From Salisapilia sapeloensis CBS 127946 (Eukaryota; Protista; Oomycota): a stretch of DNA of 64,000 nt. This document shows positions 1-11,858 of the stretch, one piece after another; the stretch's first letter is position 1, and each line of letters opens with the position of its first letter. Location: contig JAADVB010000068.1 in NCBI GenBank assembly GCA_023334545.1, positions 13,468 to 77,467 of the forward strand, in the 5' to 3' direction. The position numbers and the translations under genes were made by a program. The notes beneath the pieces are model-generated. The model saw nothing but the letters and a program-made list of their open reading frames with translations, was not told where the DNA came from and searched no databases.

Positions 1-167
1 AGTATCTCATCCAACCCAAATTTCCATATCACGTTCTGAATATGACAATAACCTACTCTACCTCGTTCTTATTGACACCTATCTGACTTGTTTACATCTT
101 TGCTACGTGTAGCGTCCATTAATCTCCATCAGGACGTACGGGATTGACTAGACCAGTGTATCCGTAT

Positions 168-2237
168 TTAAAAGTCAGCTGTGAGTCGCGAGTTGTGGGT
201 TAAGCGGTCAATGCCACTTCGACTTAGCTTGCTGCAGAACCACAGATTCACACTGCGTAATCGAGGCAATGCTTGCAACTTTTCCAGACCAGAATCCGTA
301 ATCTCGAGTTCTGCCAGATTTAACGTCGTTAGAGTGGTCACTCGCGATAGGATGTCCAATCCTGCGTCCGTAATCAGCGGCAGGTTGCCAATGTCCAAAC
401 TTTCCAAACTCGTCATCGACAAGCAAGCTTCAAGACCAGTATCAGAGACTTCCGACAGACTCGAGATATCTAGTACCCGCAGCCTCGTTAATGATCGAAG
501 GGCTTGGATGCCAGTATCTGTCACCTTCGTGCAATTCCATAAAATCAACGTTTCCAAATGACGAAACGCTGAGATAACTTGAGCACTAGCGTCTGTCAGC
601 AACCGCAAGTTCGACAAATTTAACGTCTTTAGTTGCGTCAAGTTGGACAAGTACTTGATACCTTCGTCATCAATATAGCTAAGACGCATGAGGTTGAGAT
701 TAATTAGGTTGACGAGACGGCCAATCCCTTTGAGAGCAGCATTTGATAGCTGCCGGTTGTTGGATAAGTCCAAGATACGGAGGGAGCTGATCGCACCGAG
801 GGCAGCCACTCCTTCGTCTTCAATACCGACACAGCCACCTAGGTAGATAGATTTGAGGTTCTGCAGCGATGCCAAAGACTGAAGTCCATCACATGTAATA
901 CGGTAGCAACTCACGAGATCCAAGTTCATGAGATATGGCATCTTGCTACAGGCTTTTAATGCTCGGTCATCCACTTTTGCACATTTCATCGCGTTAATAA
1001 AACGAAGTTTTTCCAGTCCTTGCATGTTATCGGCAAACGTAATCGAAGTGATCTCTGAACAATACCATAAATTGCACGACATGAGTAGCGGGAAATGCTT
1101 TAAGACTGCTGTACCTCGATCTGTGATGTTGTAGCAACCAGCAATGTCAAACAGTGTAAGCTTCGTCAGAGGTGCCAAAGCGAGCAATCCATCGTCCGTC
1201 AATTCGCCAATGTTCGCGATTTCCAAACTAATGAGATTAATCAATCCCGCTAAACACGCAATGGACCGAGATGTGAGCTGCGTACAGTTGGACAGATTCA
1301 AATGCGTCAAGGTTGTGAGTGAAGGAAGCGTAGCTTCAATGCCCTCGTCTGTTAAGCCTCCTTGATTGCAGTACCACAAATTGAGATGCTTGAGATGCTT
1401 TAAAGCCGATAGACATCGGATTCCAGTATCAGTGATACGGCGGCAGCCTCTCAAGTTGAGCAACGTCAAGTTACACAAGTTAGTAGCAATCACTTGCATG
1501 CTTTCATCACTAATCTCGGTACAATAACCAAGACTTAGAGACGTGAGCTTCATGCATTGTCTCGCTACGAGCTGGATGCTAGAGTCCGTGATCTGATGAA
1601 CACCTTTTAATGTTAGTACTTCGATCTGTGGCATCGAAGACAGCCTTGTAATAGCCTTGTCTGTAAGCTCAAGACAACCTGTTAAGTCGATGGCCCGCAA
1701 GTAGGGGGTCAAAGTCGGTAAGGGCATGATCGAATCATCGGTTATAGCGTGGCGAACAGGAAGGAAGTTGAGGGTGGTAATGACGCGACCTATTTCAAGT
1801 CGCAGTACCTTGTTCGATTGAAGCAGATTGAAAAGCTCATCGACATAAAAGTACGATGCGAGTACGTGAAGGACAGGAGGTGGCAGTAGCAGTCGGTTAG
1901 CAGCAGCTTCGATCGAGCTTACTCGTCTACGACGAATAGCGACTACTTCATCATCTTCTTGTTCAAGCTCCTGCGAAAGTTTCAAATCGGCTATTTCTTG
2001 GTAATCTATCGACCTTCGTCGTATTTGCGGAGATCTAGTTGCTTGCTGTTGGACAGTATTACGCCAATGGAGAAAGATATGCTTCTGTCGAACGTAATTG
2101 AGTCGATCGTCTTCGCAGGCACAGGTACTATCATCGACAACTTCTCCCTCGTCTTGGCACAGGCACCCGACTGACAGGTAGGCTAGATCTTCATCCGAGT
2201 ATTGCATTCTTGGCAGTGTATCTGTTGGAGTAGACAT
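168..2237 (-). CDS. F-box/leucine-rich repeat protein (cysteine-containing LRR, FBXL/AMN1 type), intronless
   Basis: Uninterrupted ORF, first ATG at 2237 (MSTPTD). F-box-like segment LLPPPVLHVLASYF..DELFNLLQSNK, followed by about 20 repeats of LxxLxLxxCxxITDxG. Confidence 0.9.
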   Translation of the reverse strand: MSTPTDTLPRMQYSDEDLAYLSVGCLCQDEGEVVDDSTCACEDDRLNYVRQKHIFLHWRNTVQQQATRSPQIRRRSIDYQEIADLKLSQELEQEDDEVVAIRRRRVSSIEAAANRLLLPPPVLHVLASYFYVDELFNLLQSNKVLRLEIGRVITTLNFLPVRHAITDDSIMPLPTLTPYLRAIDLTGCLELTDKAITRLSSMPQIEVLTLKGVHQITDSSIQLVARQCMKLTSLSLGYCTEISDESMQVIATNLCNLTLLNLRGCRRITDTGIRCLSALKHLKHLNLWYCNQGGLTDEGIEATLPSLTTLTHLNLSNCTQLTSRSIACLAGLINLISLEIANIGELTDDGLLALAPLTKLTLFDIAGCYNITDRGTAVLKHFPLLMSCNLWYCSEITSITFADNMQGLEKLRFINAMKCAKVDDRALKACSKMPYLMNLDLVSCYRITCDGLQSLASLQNLKSIYLGGCVGIEDEGVAALGAISSLRILDLSNNRQLSNAALKGIGRLVNLINLNLMRLSYIDDEGIKYLSNLTQLKTLNLSNLRLLTDASAQVISAFRHLETLILWNCTKVTDTGIQALRSLTRLRVLDISSLSEVSDTGLEACLSMTSLESLDIGNLPLITDAGLDILSRVTTLTTLNLAELEITDSGLEKLQALPRLRSVNLWFCSKLSRSGIDRLTHNSRLTADF

Positions 2238-3763
2238 GATCTGAAGGATCAAAGAGTGAACAAATGTACTTTGCTCCTCACTAACACCTTCCTGGTTTTC
2301 CTTATCTGCATGCTATACCGACACACCATCCTTCGTCTTCAGTTGAGATCCTGATCTACTCAGCATTCTTATCTACTTTCATTCGCATGGTCTTCAACGT
2401 GTAATTAGAACACGATGCTCATATACAGTGAGCTACTTTGTTGCTCAAATGTGCTGTAAGAGGCCATTCTACTCCAACCTAGCTTGGAACTTCCAAAAAT
2501 ACCCAAGCACACATGATAAATCTATTAAAATATTTAATTTCTATTTTAATTTGATACTTTTATAAATTGAGTCTCCGTTGTCATCGCGATAGGTGGAAAG
2601 CTGGGCATCATCATCTACAAAAAGATATGTAACTTTCCTTATTCATCCTAAAAAGTCGCATCTGACCTTTAGATATACTGTGTGACACGGACGAAGGTTT
2701 CCCACCTCATCCCAAACGGTTATGTTGGTAGCTTCAGTCGCGCCCCTTCCGACATGGACAATCGCCACTTATAACGCATATTCAGATGTACCTCAAAGGA
2801 TGGAAATTTCGACTCTAATCCTTCTATGGGTTGCATCCTTCATACTCTCAGTTCGTAGCGTCTTCGATTTGGAGGCGTTACGAAGATTAGAGCAACGGAG
2901 TGATAACAACTAAGAACTAATTTGAAATGAATTTTGCCTACGTTTGTCTCACTTTTGCTAGTTCAGCCACTAGTTTTCTGTACGATGACGTCGTCAACGT
3001 CCCAGGTATCACAGAGAGTACGTAGATCGCTTGAGATTCAGCGATAGAACTTAGTTTTGCTTGATCTTACCGTGTAATCGATGGAAAGAAGTTCTCTAGA
3101 TGAGAATAGGCACAATGACAAAAGGCCCCGAACAATAATAGAAGAGCTTTATCATTTGTTCGAACTTGGAATGTACTAGAAATGAACACTGGAGGGATTT
3201 TGGTCTTGTTTTCATCTTTCTGTTTTCATTTTCATCTGTTTCGCTAGAAGAGATCCTACCGCTCTCACTTCCGAAGCTCAACCTTTCCAACTAGCGTACT
3301 TCCTGCGTCTTTCGTCTGAATGGAAACTTCTTGCTGGTATGTGGGTTCGATATAGTTTCATGATCTTCTGCTTTTACAAAGTGTTCAAGCACGAGCCTAG
3401 CTTTCAATTTACGTCGAACTCATAGTGTCAAAGGAGCAAGCGTCGGCAATGAACTGCTCATCTGTCCAATAATGAAGAAGTAATTAGCTTTATTTGAATA
3501 TGAAAGCTGTAATCGTTCACGCGAAGTTTAGTTTGGAGCATTTTGAGAAGACCAAATGTTCGATTTGTTCATGTCCTTGGGTGTCGTGACCGCCATGATC
3601 GCAGTAGCAGTTCTTCTTCGTGGTATTTAGACAAGACACTAAGTAACTATCCTGTAGATAAACTTCCATAACACGTTTCATCTAGAACTTTATTTACAAT
3701 CAACCTCTCCATCGTTACTAGAAAACCAACCTTCATCTGCATCTCAGTAGAGGTTTCCTCTCA

Positions 3764-4273
3764 CTAGTAGAACTTTATGCGGGCTTCAAAGAACTCAGCT
3801 AAGTAGTCCTGCAGATCTTCCGGACGGTCTTTCACTGCTGCCGTCGTACAATGCGCTAGTAAATGCCGTAGCTTCCGATCATAGTACTGATGCCGTTTGA
3901 TAGCCTGCGTACCACACAGCTCATTAAAAAAACGATCAAACTTCATCCATCTGGCTATCCACTTACCACATAGTTGAATTTCTTCAAGTCCAATGTACCT
4001 CGCAGGTATTGCGCCAAAAACTCTGCTGTCTGATCTGGTTGGTACAGTAGCACCTCTTCAATCGCTTTGCTCAAAATCGGATCCAAGTACTTTGTCAAGT
4101 ACTCATAGTGATCCTGCAGTGATGCCAACAATGCAGGGTCTTGCAGCTCATATCGCGTTCGCTCTACAAGACAGAGACTTAAACTACTAGCACACATCCT
4201 AGAGACTTCCAAACGTACGTTCACGTAGCTGAGCATTGGCAGTGATGCCTTTGTTCGAGATCTTGTTTTCCAT
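3764..4273 (-). CDS. Small protein (130 aa) with two Dpy-30/RIIa-like dimerization/docking motifs; 3 exons
   Basis: Manual model: exons 4273-4219, 4163-3967, 3904-3764 with GT-AG introns of 55 and 62 nt. Motifs YLTKYLDPILSKAIEEVLLYQPDQTAEFLAQYL and YYDRKLRHLLAHCTTAAVKDRPEDLQDYLAEFF. Confidence 0.7.
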
Positions 4274-4380
4274 CCGACTGAGAAACCACAACTGACGGAC
4301 GATTGAAGCAGATGAAAGAATAGGAAACGAGGAGGTGTGAGAACTATTTTTAGAGCCAATTGAATGGTGTATCAGACGTT

Positions 4381-5409
4381 TTACTTGTCTTGGCCCCACG
4401 GATTAGAAGACTCGGCAGTCGGCTTGTCTTCCGCCTTCTCAGCCGATTTCGGTGCCTGCTTCCCATCTTTGCCCCATGCAGATCGGTTGCTATTCCCACG
4501 TTCACGATGATGCTTTCCACCAGTCGATTGTCCTCTCTCGCGTCCGTCTTCATGACGAGAGCCTCGATTGTTCCGATCTCCACGCCACACTGTCGTGTTC
4601 CGGAAACTCGAATTGTCATTCAACGATGCATCATGTCGCTTGTATTCGAGAGAAACAAAGTGAGGTAGGTTCAATACCTTTCGCATCGTATCACTAGTCC
4701 AATGTACATGAGAAGACAAGAGAGAAAAGCTTTAGGATGGACGTACCGAATGCGGTAGCAGGCTTCACTGTTGTCAGCATTGCGATTCCATAGAGAGATG
4801 ATGTCCTCGTTGTATCGGACGGAGATGACGGCACCACAAATCTCGTTGCCAACGTCAAACTGCTCGCCAATGATTGCTAGGACTAAGTCTTCCCAGAAGC
4901 GGGATGCCACTCCTTTGCGTAGACGAACCATCCACTTGCCACCTTTCTTATTCGCTGGGTCCTACACATTCATATCTGGCATTTGAGATCGAATAGCTCG
5001 GTTCAGGACGTTAGAAAGAAGTCGTACCTCCCACATCGGCTTGATGCCAGTCTTAAAGAGATGGTAATCCATCGAGTTTGGCAAGTCATTCGGTCGTACG
5101 AGGTGGTTGTAGACGCCCCAAAAGTCTTGTACCTAATGTAATGTATTGCCTGAGTAATTGCAGCGTATAGAATCATTCGTATGGACGTACAGTCTTGAAT
5201 TGCCCGAGCTCCTTGATGCTCTTTTCATAACTCTCGACTTCATTCGCTTTATTTCCAGAATTGCGCTTTAAAAACCAAAAGCTGTACATGTTCTGGATAG
5301 GAGCTTCATCTAGAATCCATATATAACTGCATGAGTTTCATTTGAAGGTCTTAGTAGGCCTATTCGAAGCTCTACCGGCGTTCTCCTTCACCGCCGTTTG
5401 GTCCACCAT
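4381..5409 (-). CDS. EIF4E2: Cap-binding protein, eIF4E class II (4EHP/eIF4E2-like); 5 exons
   Basis: Spliced model MVDQTAVKENA-DEAPIQNMYSFWF...SYEKSIKELGQFKT-VQDFWGVYNHLVRP...LFKTGIKPMWE-DPANKKGGKWMVRL...FWEDLVLAIIGEQF...ISLWN...HDASLNDNSSFRNT. Tyr at the W43 and W56 equivalent positions is diagnostic of class II. Four GT-AG introns. Confidence 0.88.
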
Positions 5410-5455
5410 TTTCGACTTTTTTATTTCGATCCCTCCAAAATCACTTGGACAAAGT

Positions 5456-8400
5456 ATGGATTCCGATGAAGAGCTCGATCGGTACGTTCATGCGCTTCTA
5501 GGCGTAGATGGTGCTTGTTTCATCCTTCTTGGATAGGTTTCTGAACGATGGAGATGATGAGAGCTATTCTCCGGACGTAAAGTATCGTTCCAATCGTCCA
5601 ATCGATTCCTCGTCCTCCGTGCTCGCAGCAGCCGCGGCAGCACTTAAATCTTCCCACACAATCAAGTCGCATGCATCCAAGAATAAGAAGAGTAAAAAGT
5701 CAAAGAAGTCTAAAACTAGTGATATGGAAGAAGCTCCACCGAGCTATACGAGTGCCATGGACTCGAACGAGTAGGACGGATCTTGAAAAGTCGCATATAT
5801 GTATCTCCTCATTCCTCTCGACAGATATGATCCGTACGCGTTCGAAGTTGATACGGCATCCTTTCAATTTGCTACGCCGGATCCAATGTCCCCGAAGAAA
5901 GAAAGTAGTAAGAAGAAAAAGACCAAACTGAAAGATGTTGTTCAGAAAGAGGTAAGTCCTTTTATCTCCATTTAAGATTCAAACCCTAATGAAAGGATAG
6001 ATGAAGACATCCATTTCCATTGAAGACCGCGTTGCCAATATCCTCAAGCGTACTGGCAATGCAACTGCTATAGAAAAGGTACTTTGACACCTCTCGACGA
6101 TAATTTAGAAAAAGGATTACAATGGAGCTTGATGATAGACAGAGGATAGTAGCAGTCCCAAGAGCGAATCAAGTGGACATAATAGTGATTCAGGAGAGAG
6201 TAGTAAAGGTCTAGATGCTTCTGATTCACTCGGCATCAATTCAGCTGATTTTGAGGTGCAGTCGGTCTTCTGGTAACGAAAGGCATGAGTTAGAACTAAA
6301 TCTTCGGACAGGTTGGCAGGAAGAGCAAGTGGCAACCAGTTCGAGAGTCTGTGGTATGACCTCTTCTCATTTATAGCTATAAGCATCCGTTTGATACAAT
6401 ATACTTATACTTGTGGACACTGGCAATAGACCAGTGCTACGAGTGAAAATTTCTCCATCAACGTCGATGCCTTACGGGAAAGCACAGATAGTAACTTTCT
6501 TCTTACCATTCCAATCACTTGATTCTTATGCGTAAACGTCGAATAGTCCCATCTAGATATGCGAGTGCATCAGTGCACCAAGTGAAAGAAGAAGAAGAGG
6601 AAGAGTATGAAGACGATGACTTCGAGATGGAGCAATCCTTGTCACAAGTTCGATCTGATGCCGAGGGCGAGACATCCCCTGAACCAAACGATAACTTTGT
6701 CAGTCAATTCGCTTCCATGAAGGTTATTCTTCCTATACGTCTCTTTCTAGTTCCCATTTAACGCATGAAGTAGACGTTCTTCCAAGTTGACGAAGAACAG
6801 AGCGCTTATACGACAGACACAAATGTAAAAGTTGATGAAGAACAGCCACCTAGTCTATCTGCAGCCAAGCTGGAAGATAGTGAAGCATTCGGATACGACG
6901 AAGACGAGTTTGAAGACGAGGAATCTCAAGTTGTAACGTCTAAAGCTCCTCCAGATGACAGTAATGAAGACGAACGATCTGCCTCACCACTCGTTTCCGA
7001 GCAGCCGCAGGACGAATCTATACATTCAGCAAAGGATGACAGTGGCCGTGATGATGCTCACGAACAAGAAGTGTCAGCTCAAAACGCATCAGATGCAGTC
7101 TACTCTGCTGATGAAGATGAAAAGATAGATACGCAGCGTTCAGAGGATACTTATTCGTACAAACAAGAGATACAGGAAGAGCAGCAAGAGGAGCCGAGGG
7201 TCAACACAAGACCACCGTCTCCCATCCAACCAGTTGCATATACAGAAGCGACGTCAAAGAACTCCATCCCAATGGTAACTTACTTAACTGTCCATTGTTT
7301 CTCCGTTGTAAAGCTAGAATACCTGTTAGTCGCCTCCACCTCCACCACCTCCAGATGACGATGTCCAAAGCTCCATTAAAGAGACCACCGAGAGGAATGT
7401 AACAACTAGGGAAGAAGAACGCACAAGTGAACCGGCTCCCACCTCATCCTACGTATCCCCTGCTGTGCAGAATCAACCCCCACCCATATTCTCCAAGCCC
7501 AAACAAAGCCCATCCTATCCTAATCAGCATAAAGTGATGGAAGAAGAACCTCTACAAGATAAAGAATATACTGACGACAACTTGTATGCAGTTGATGCTG
7601 ATATTGATGGACTTGTACGTGCATCTCACCAGTGGAAACAGAGGCAAGTGGTGGCTGCTTCCAACTCGTTGCGAGAGAGTGCGAGGAGGGAGCAAGAGCT
7701 TAAACTTCGTCTTCAGCAGAAACAGCGACAAGTCGATCAGCTCAAGACAGCCATGCAAGTCTTCCAGGAAGGTGTGACAGAAGACGATGATCCGATCCTA
7801 CCATCCATTCCAAAGCATAAACAACCTAAAGGAACATCTACTCATCCGTCCATCGCTCCTGACTTGCTGAAAGAGATGCAGGTAGGCAGCATACGTTACT
7901 AGATCTGTCACGATTCTTACTCGCTCTTGTGTAGACGCAAGAGAAGCTGATTGAAGCGTACCAAAAGGAGAATGAACGACTTATGTACCAGTTAAAGGAA
8001 GCACAGGATGGTATGCAATCCGAAGCGTATCTGTACAACCAAGATCTAAAGTATCAAGTGCGAGATCTACAGTGTCAGTTAGAAGCGAATAAAAATAAAG
8101 CTAGTATCACATCTATTCCATCGACGCATGACAAGTCTCAGTATCATGCTGCCGTGGAAGCTCGATTGACAGCAGAAGCAAAGGCGTTAGCACTGCAGGA
8201 AGAGCTAGATACGATGCAAGCTACACATCGAGATAGAGAAAACGAACTGAAAGTCGCGCTGGATCGAGTGAAGAAAGCAAAGAAAGACGTGGAGTGGAAG
8301 TACGAAGGTGTAGACGTCGTGAAGATGGAGGAGGATTCACATCAGATGGATGCTCTAATGAGTCAAATGGAGCTAATGAAACAAGAGCACGCACATGCGC

Positions 8401-9939
8401 TCGCTTCTCTTCAGAAGAAACTGGATTGGTACATGGAGAACCAGAGACTAGTGAATGCACAGGATGATGAATTGCATCAGTTGCGTCGACGGAATGAAGA
8501 ACTTGAAGCGCAAGTGACACCACCGAAACGAGCGATGTCAGGGCAAAAGACCACAAGAGGACGAGCCTCTGGTCGATCCCCGGTAGACGTTCGACGTATC
8601 CAAGAGCTGGAAAAGCGATTACAACAGATGGAAGAGAGCTGGCGAACGAAACACCCAGATAGTGTCTCGAACTTGATCTTTGCGTCTCGAAGAGCAGAGG
8701 AAGATGCGAGAGCTGATCGTATTCGAGATGAGTATCAGACTAAAGTGGCTGAGCTACAGGAAGAAATGGATGCAATGCATGAAACGAATGAACGCAAGCT
8801 TCGTGGCTTTCGACAGCAACAGGAAAAGATTGTAGCACAGTATCAAAAGCGAATTCAGGAACAGGAAAAGAAACTAGAGCACTACATTCAGCATGAAAAG
8901 CCTAAAGACACAAGTGCTTGTGGGAAGAAGCATAAGGAAGATCAAGTCAAACGTATTCGAGAGTTTTACATTGAAAAAGTAAAAGAAACGGAACGCAAGT
9001 GGGAAGTTCGGTATCGAGCACTTCGAAAGCAATTGTACAGTAGTAAGAACGACCAGCATGACTCCTCTATGCAGCGTAAGCTCCATGAAAGACAAAAGGA
9101 AATTGATCGTCTCAAGGCCCAACTAGAGAAAGTAAATCGATCCGATGGTACCCACAAGATAGAGCACGAGGTAGATAAACATCCGTCTTGTATATCTTCA
9201 TCAATCCCTTCGCCTGCAAAGCCTCTTGCAAATGAACTCGCGAGTAAAAGGATCAGTTTACTAGAAAAGAAACTGGAAGCTAGTGAAAGAGAGAGAGACA
9301 AGCTCACACAGACTCTGGAACAAGTATCTTCGAAGGAAAAGATGAAGGGAGAAAAGATAACTTCCCAGTTGAAAGCACTGGAGGCTCAGATGGAGAAGCA
9401 GAGTAGTTATGCAAGAGAAGAGCTACAGACACTTCGTGCTCAATTTGAAGCAGAGAAGAAAGCTAGAGAAGAAGCAGAGTCGATCGCTGCAGCACAAACT
9501 CAGTCACAACAGACACTCCATTCGCATCTGACAAGCTTAGAGAGTGAAAAGCTGCAGTTAGAACAAAATGCACGTCGTATCCCAGCGCTCGAACAAGAGA
9601 TCTGTCGACTCCATCGAGAACGAAACGTCCCTCGCACTCCATCCATGATGCAGTATCGAGAACTAGAGATGAAAGTCGAGACGTTAGTCAACAAGTACGC
9701 TATTCGAGAAGAAGAGCTGCGTCATATCGTCCATCAAGCATCTCAATCAGGCTACTTGGAGCGTCTGACGCTACAGAAGACACACGACAATGCCATGGCA
9801 TTAAAAAATGCGGAAATCCAAAAGTTTAAACAGCAGGTACGTCCTCCTACAACATCTACTTGTACAAATACTTACACGTCCATACAAGCTGGATGAGATT
9901 GTAAATGAATTAGAAGTACTACACACACGAACAGCATAG
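5456..9939 (+). CDS. CEP162: Centrosomal/transition-zone coiled-coil protein CEP162-like; about 12 exons
   Basis: Eleven introns modelled by hand. Recognised blocks QEKLIEAYQKENERL, DVRRIQELEKRLQQMEESWRTKHPDSVSNLIFAS and C-terminal LEMKVETLVNKYAIREEEL...LKNAEIQKFKQQ-LDEIVNELEVLH resemble animal CEP162 as recalled from memory. Confidence 0.78.
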
Positions 9940-10020
9940 AGGATAGAGGATAGAGGAAGGGTAGAGCCGAATATATTTTGTTTCGTCTAAATCGTTGCCT
10001 GTTCATACCACTCGACCGGC

Positions 10021-10758
10021 TTAAGTCATCGAGTCGATCAAAGCACTACGCATGTTGCCCGAAATAGCCGAGGGCTGTGCGTTCTGCAGCTTGAAGATAG
10101 ATTCCACGACCGAAATCTCCGTCGCCGTCGTGTCCAGACCGCAAAAGGCCGTCCAGTCGTTCACAACCATGCCGGCGCCGATGACGTCGCTACCACGGTT
10201 CACCGTACCGGCGACGACAGGTACTTGAAGTAGAGAACTCAGCTCCTCTTGGTCTTCCACAGACGTTCGCGGGTGGACGAGGCACCCTTGGTTCGACAAG
10301 GCACTGTAGCTGCCGACGAGAGCGTTCCCTGCGACGGTTTGACGGAACACTTCGACGCCTAGCGTGTCGGCAACAATCTCTTCTGTTTCACGGTCCAAAT
10401 CCGTGTGGACAAGCGCAACGTGGTCGTTCGTGACGACACAGTTGCCGAGCGCTGACAGACGCTCTTCGACGCGCTGGACGACGACCGAGTCCGGGAGCGA
10501 GTTTCGAATGTGCTGCAGCTCTTGGTCTGTCGTCGAGTTCGGAAGGAGCAGTCCGTTCTTGTTCCCGACGGCAACACGTCCGAGGAAACGGCATCCCGCG
10601 ACGGAAGCGTGGATGACTGGAATGTGATCAGCTAGTTCCGATTCAAAGGTACTGTAAAAGTTTTCACTTCCGCCGACACAGACGAGGGAGTATGAGTTCG
10701 TGAGTTTCGTGAAGACACCAATGTCATTGTTGTTCTCGAATTGGCAACGGATTGCCAT
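10021..10758 (-). CDS. EIF6: Eukaryotic translation initiation factor 6, intronless
   Basis: [23 protein letters not shown]...GNKNGLL...RLSALGN...[19 protein letters not shown]. The true ATG is at 10758; the ORF track extends upstream from a non-ATG codon. Confidence 0.97.
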   Translation of the reverse strand: MAIRCQFENNNDIGVFTKLTNSYSLVCVGGSENFYSTFESELADHIPVIHASVAGCRFLGRVAVGNKNGLLLPNSTTDQELQHIRNSLPDSVVVQRVEERLSALGNCVVTNDHVALVHTDLDRETEEIVADTLGVEVFRQTVAGNALVGSYSALSNQGCLVHPRTSVEDQEELSSLLQVPVVAGTVNRGSDVIGAGMVVNDWTAFCGLDTTATEISVVESIFKLQNAQPSAISGNMRSALIDSMT

Positions 10759-11488
10759 GATAGCGTCGACTTGCACGTGGGTACTGGACTTGCGGTTTCT
10801 TTGGTTGTGATGCGAACGATCGAGTTTGATGTGATTATTCTGGAACGAAATGAGGGTATTTATCAAGTATCTCAGAAACTGCGTTGTGGTCGGATGGTTA
10901 ATGATGGTCATTGGAGAGAACGTGGCTACAGGTGCGTATGGTAGCAAGTAGTGTTAGTACATGGTATGGTGGGTGGATACTGAGGATATTGGGGGCAGAG
11001 GTGAGATATTGGACTGATGGAGGTTGCTTGTCAATTTATAAGTTGTAGTAGTGTTTGCTACCAAGCAAGATGTGTTCAACAACATAGATTTCTGATTTTT
11101 CGGATATGTTGAGTCAGCACGGACGTATACTCTTCCGATAGTCGTTCTATGGTTGCGAGTGAATTGTAATGGAGGATAGCATTCTTGTCTTTAATGGATA
11201 CCTTCAAGATGAAAGATGGCCCAAATTAATAACAGTATTCTATCAATATGAACCCTGGACGAAGTGTACCTAGACAGATGAAGCTCCATTAGCTCTATAG
11301 AGCTGACGTTGACAATGTGTTTGCCTTCTCGGCATCTTTCTACTAGTTTCCTGTAAACCTTAGTATCGTAACTCCTTTTAAAGGAGTCATCCGGATCGAG
11401 GTTAATTTAACGATAGATAAATTATATTGTCACATTGACGCGACTCATCTTGTTTAATTTGGCTTTGTTCGTTAAACAGAGAGTTAAG

Positions 11489-11509
11489 TGTTTAGTGTTT
11501 AGTGTTTAG
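11489..11509. repeat. Heptamer tandem repeat (TGTTTAG)x3
   Basis: Direct reading: tgtttag tgtttag tgtttag. Confidence 0.8.
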
Positions 11510-11727
11510 AAAGGAATATTAGGCATGGTGAAAAGAAACATATATGGATAGTAATCGGAATCAAACCCGGAGTCTTTGGCGGTTCTTCCTACTATCTCTT
11601 CGCTGTCCATCTTTCCCTCCTTATCCACGTACATTGTCCGTTCCTCTGTCATGTATTGGCCGGAATTGTGTCGGGTGTATCGTGGTGTATCCTCGAAGCC
11701 CTTCACGTTGAAGTTCCAATCGATTTA

Positions 11728-11858
11728 CTTGCACTATTGAACTCTTCGCCATTTCATTGGGACAGATTACAGTCCAAGTCGCAACATCGCTCAATTATTT
11801 AGTCCGTCACAGTACTACGCCTGCTCCGAAATAATAGCGAAGAGCTCACTAGCGCAAG
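11728..11858. mobile_element. Candidate MITE/foldback element (131 bp with terminal inverted repeats, TA-flanked)
   Basis: Arms 11724-11749 (tttacttgcactattgaactcttcgc) and 11837-11862 (gcgaagagctcactagcgcaagtaaa) are reverse complements at 23 of 26 positions. TA at 11726-27 and 11859-60. No second copy seen in the window. Confidence 0.4.

Noticed and set aside
9937-9957. (TAGAGGA)x3 at the CEP162 stop, and the purine-rich run near 54995-55020
   Set aside because: These are short simple repeats consistent with replication slippage, with no functional evidence.
10021-10620. Locally higher GC in eIF6 as a sign of horizontal transfer
   Set aside because: eIF6 is a core eukaryotic gene. Biased codon use in a highly expressed gene is the simpler explanation, and PXMP4 shows the same trend.
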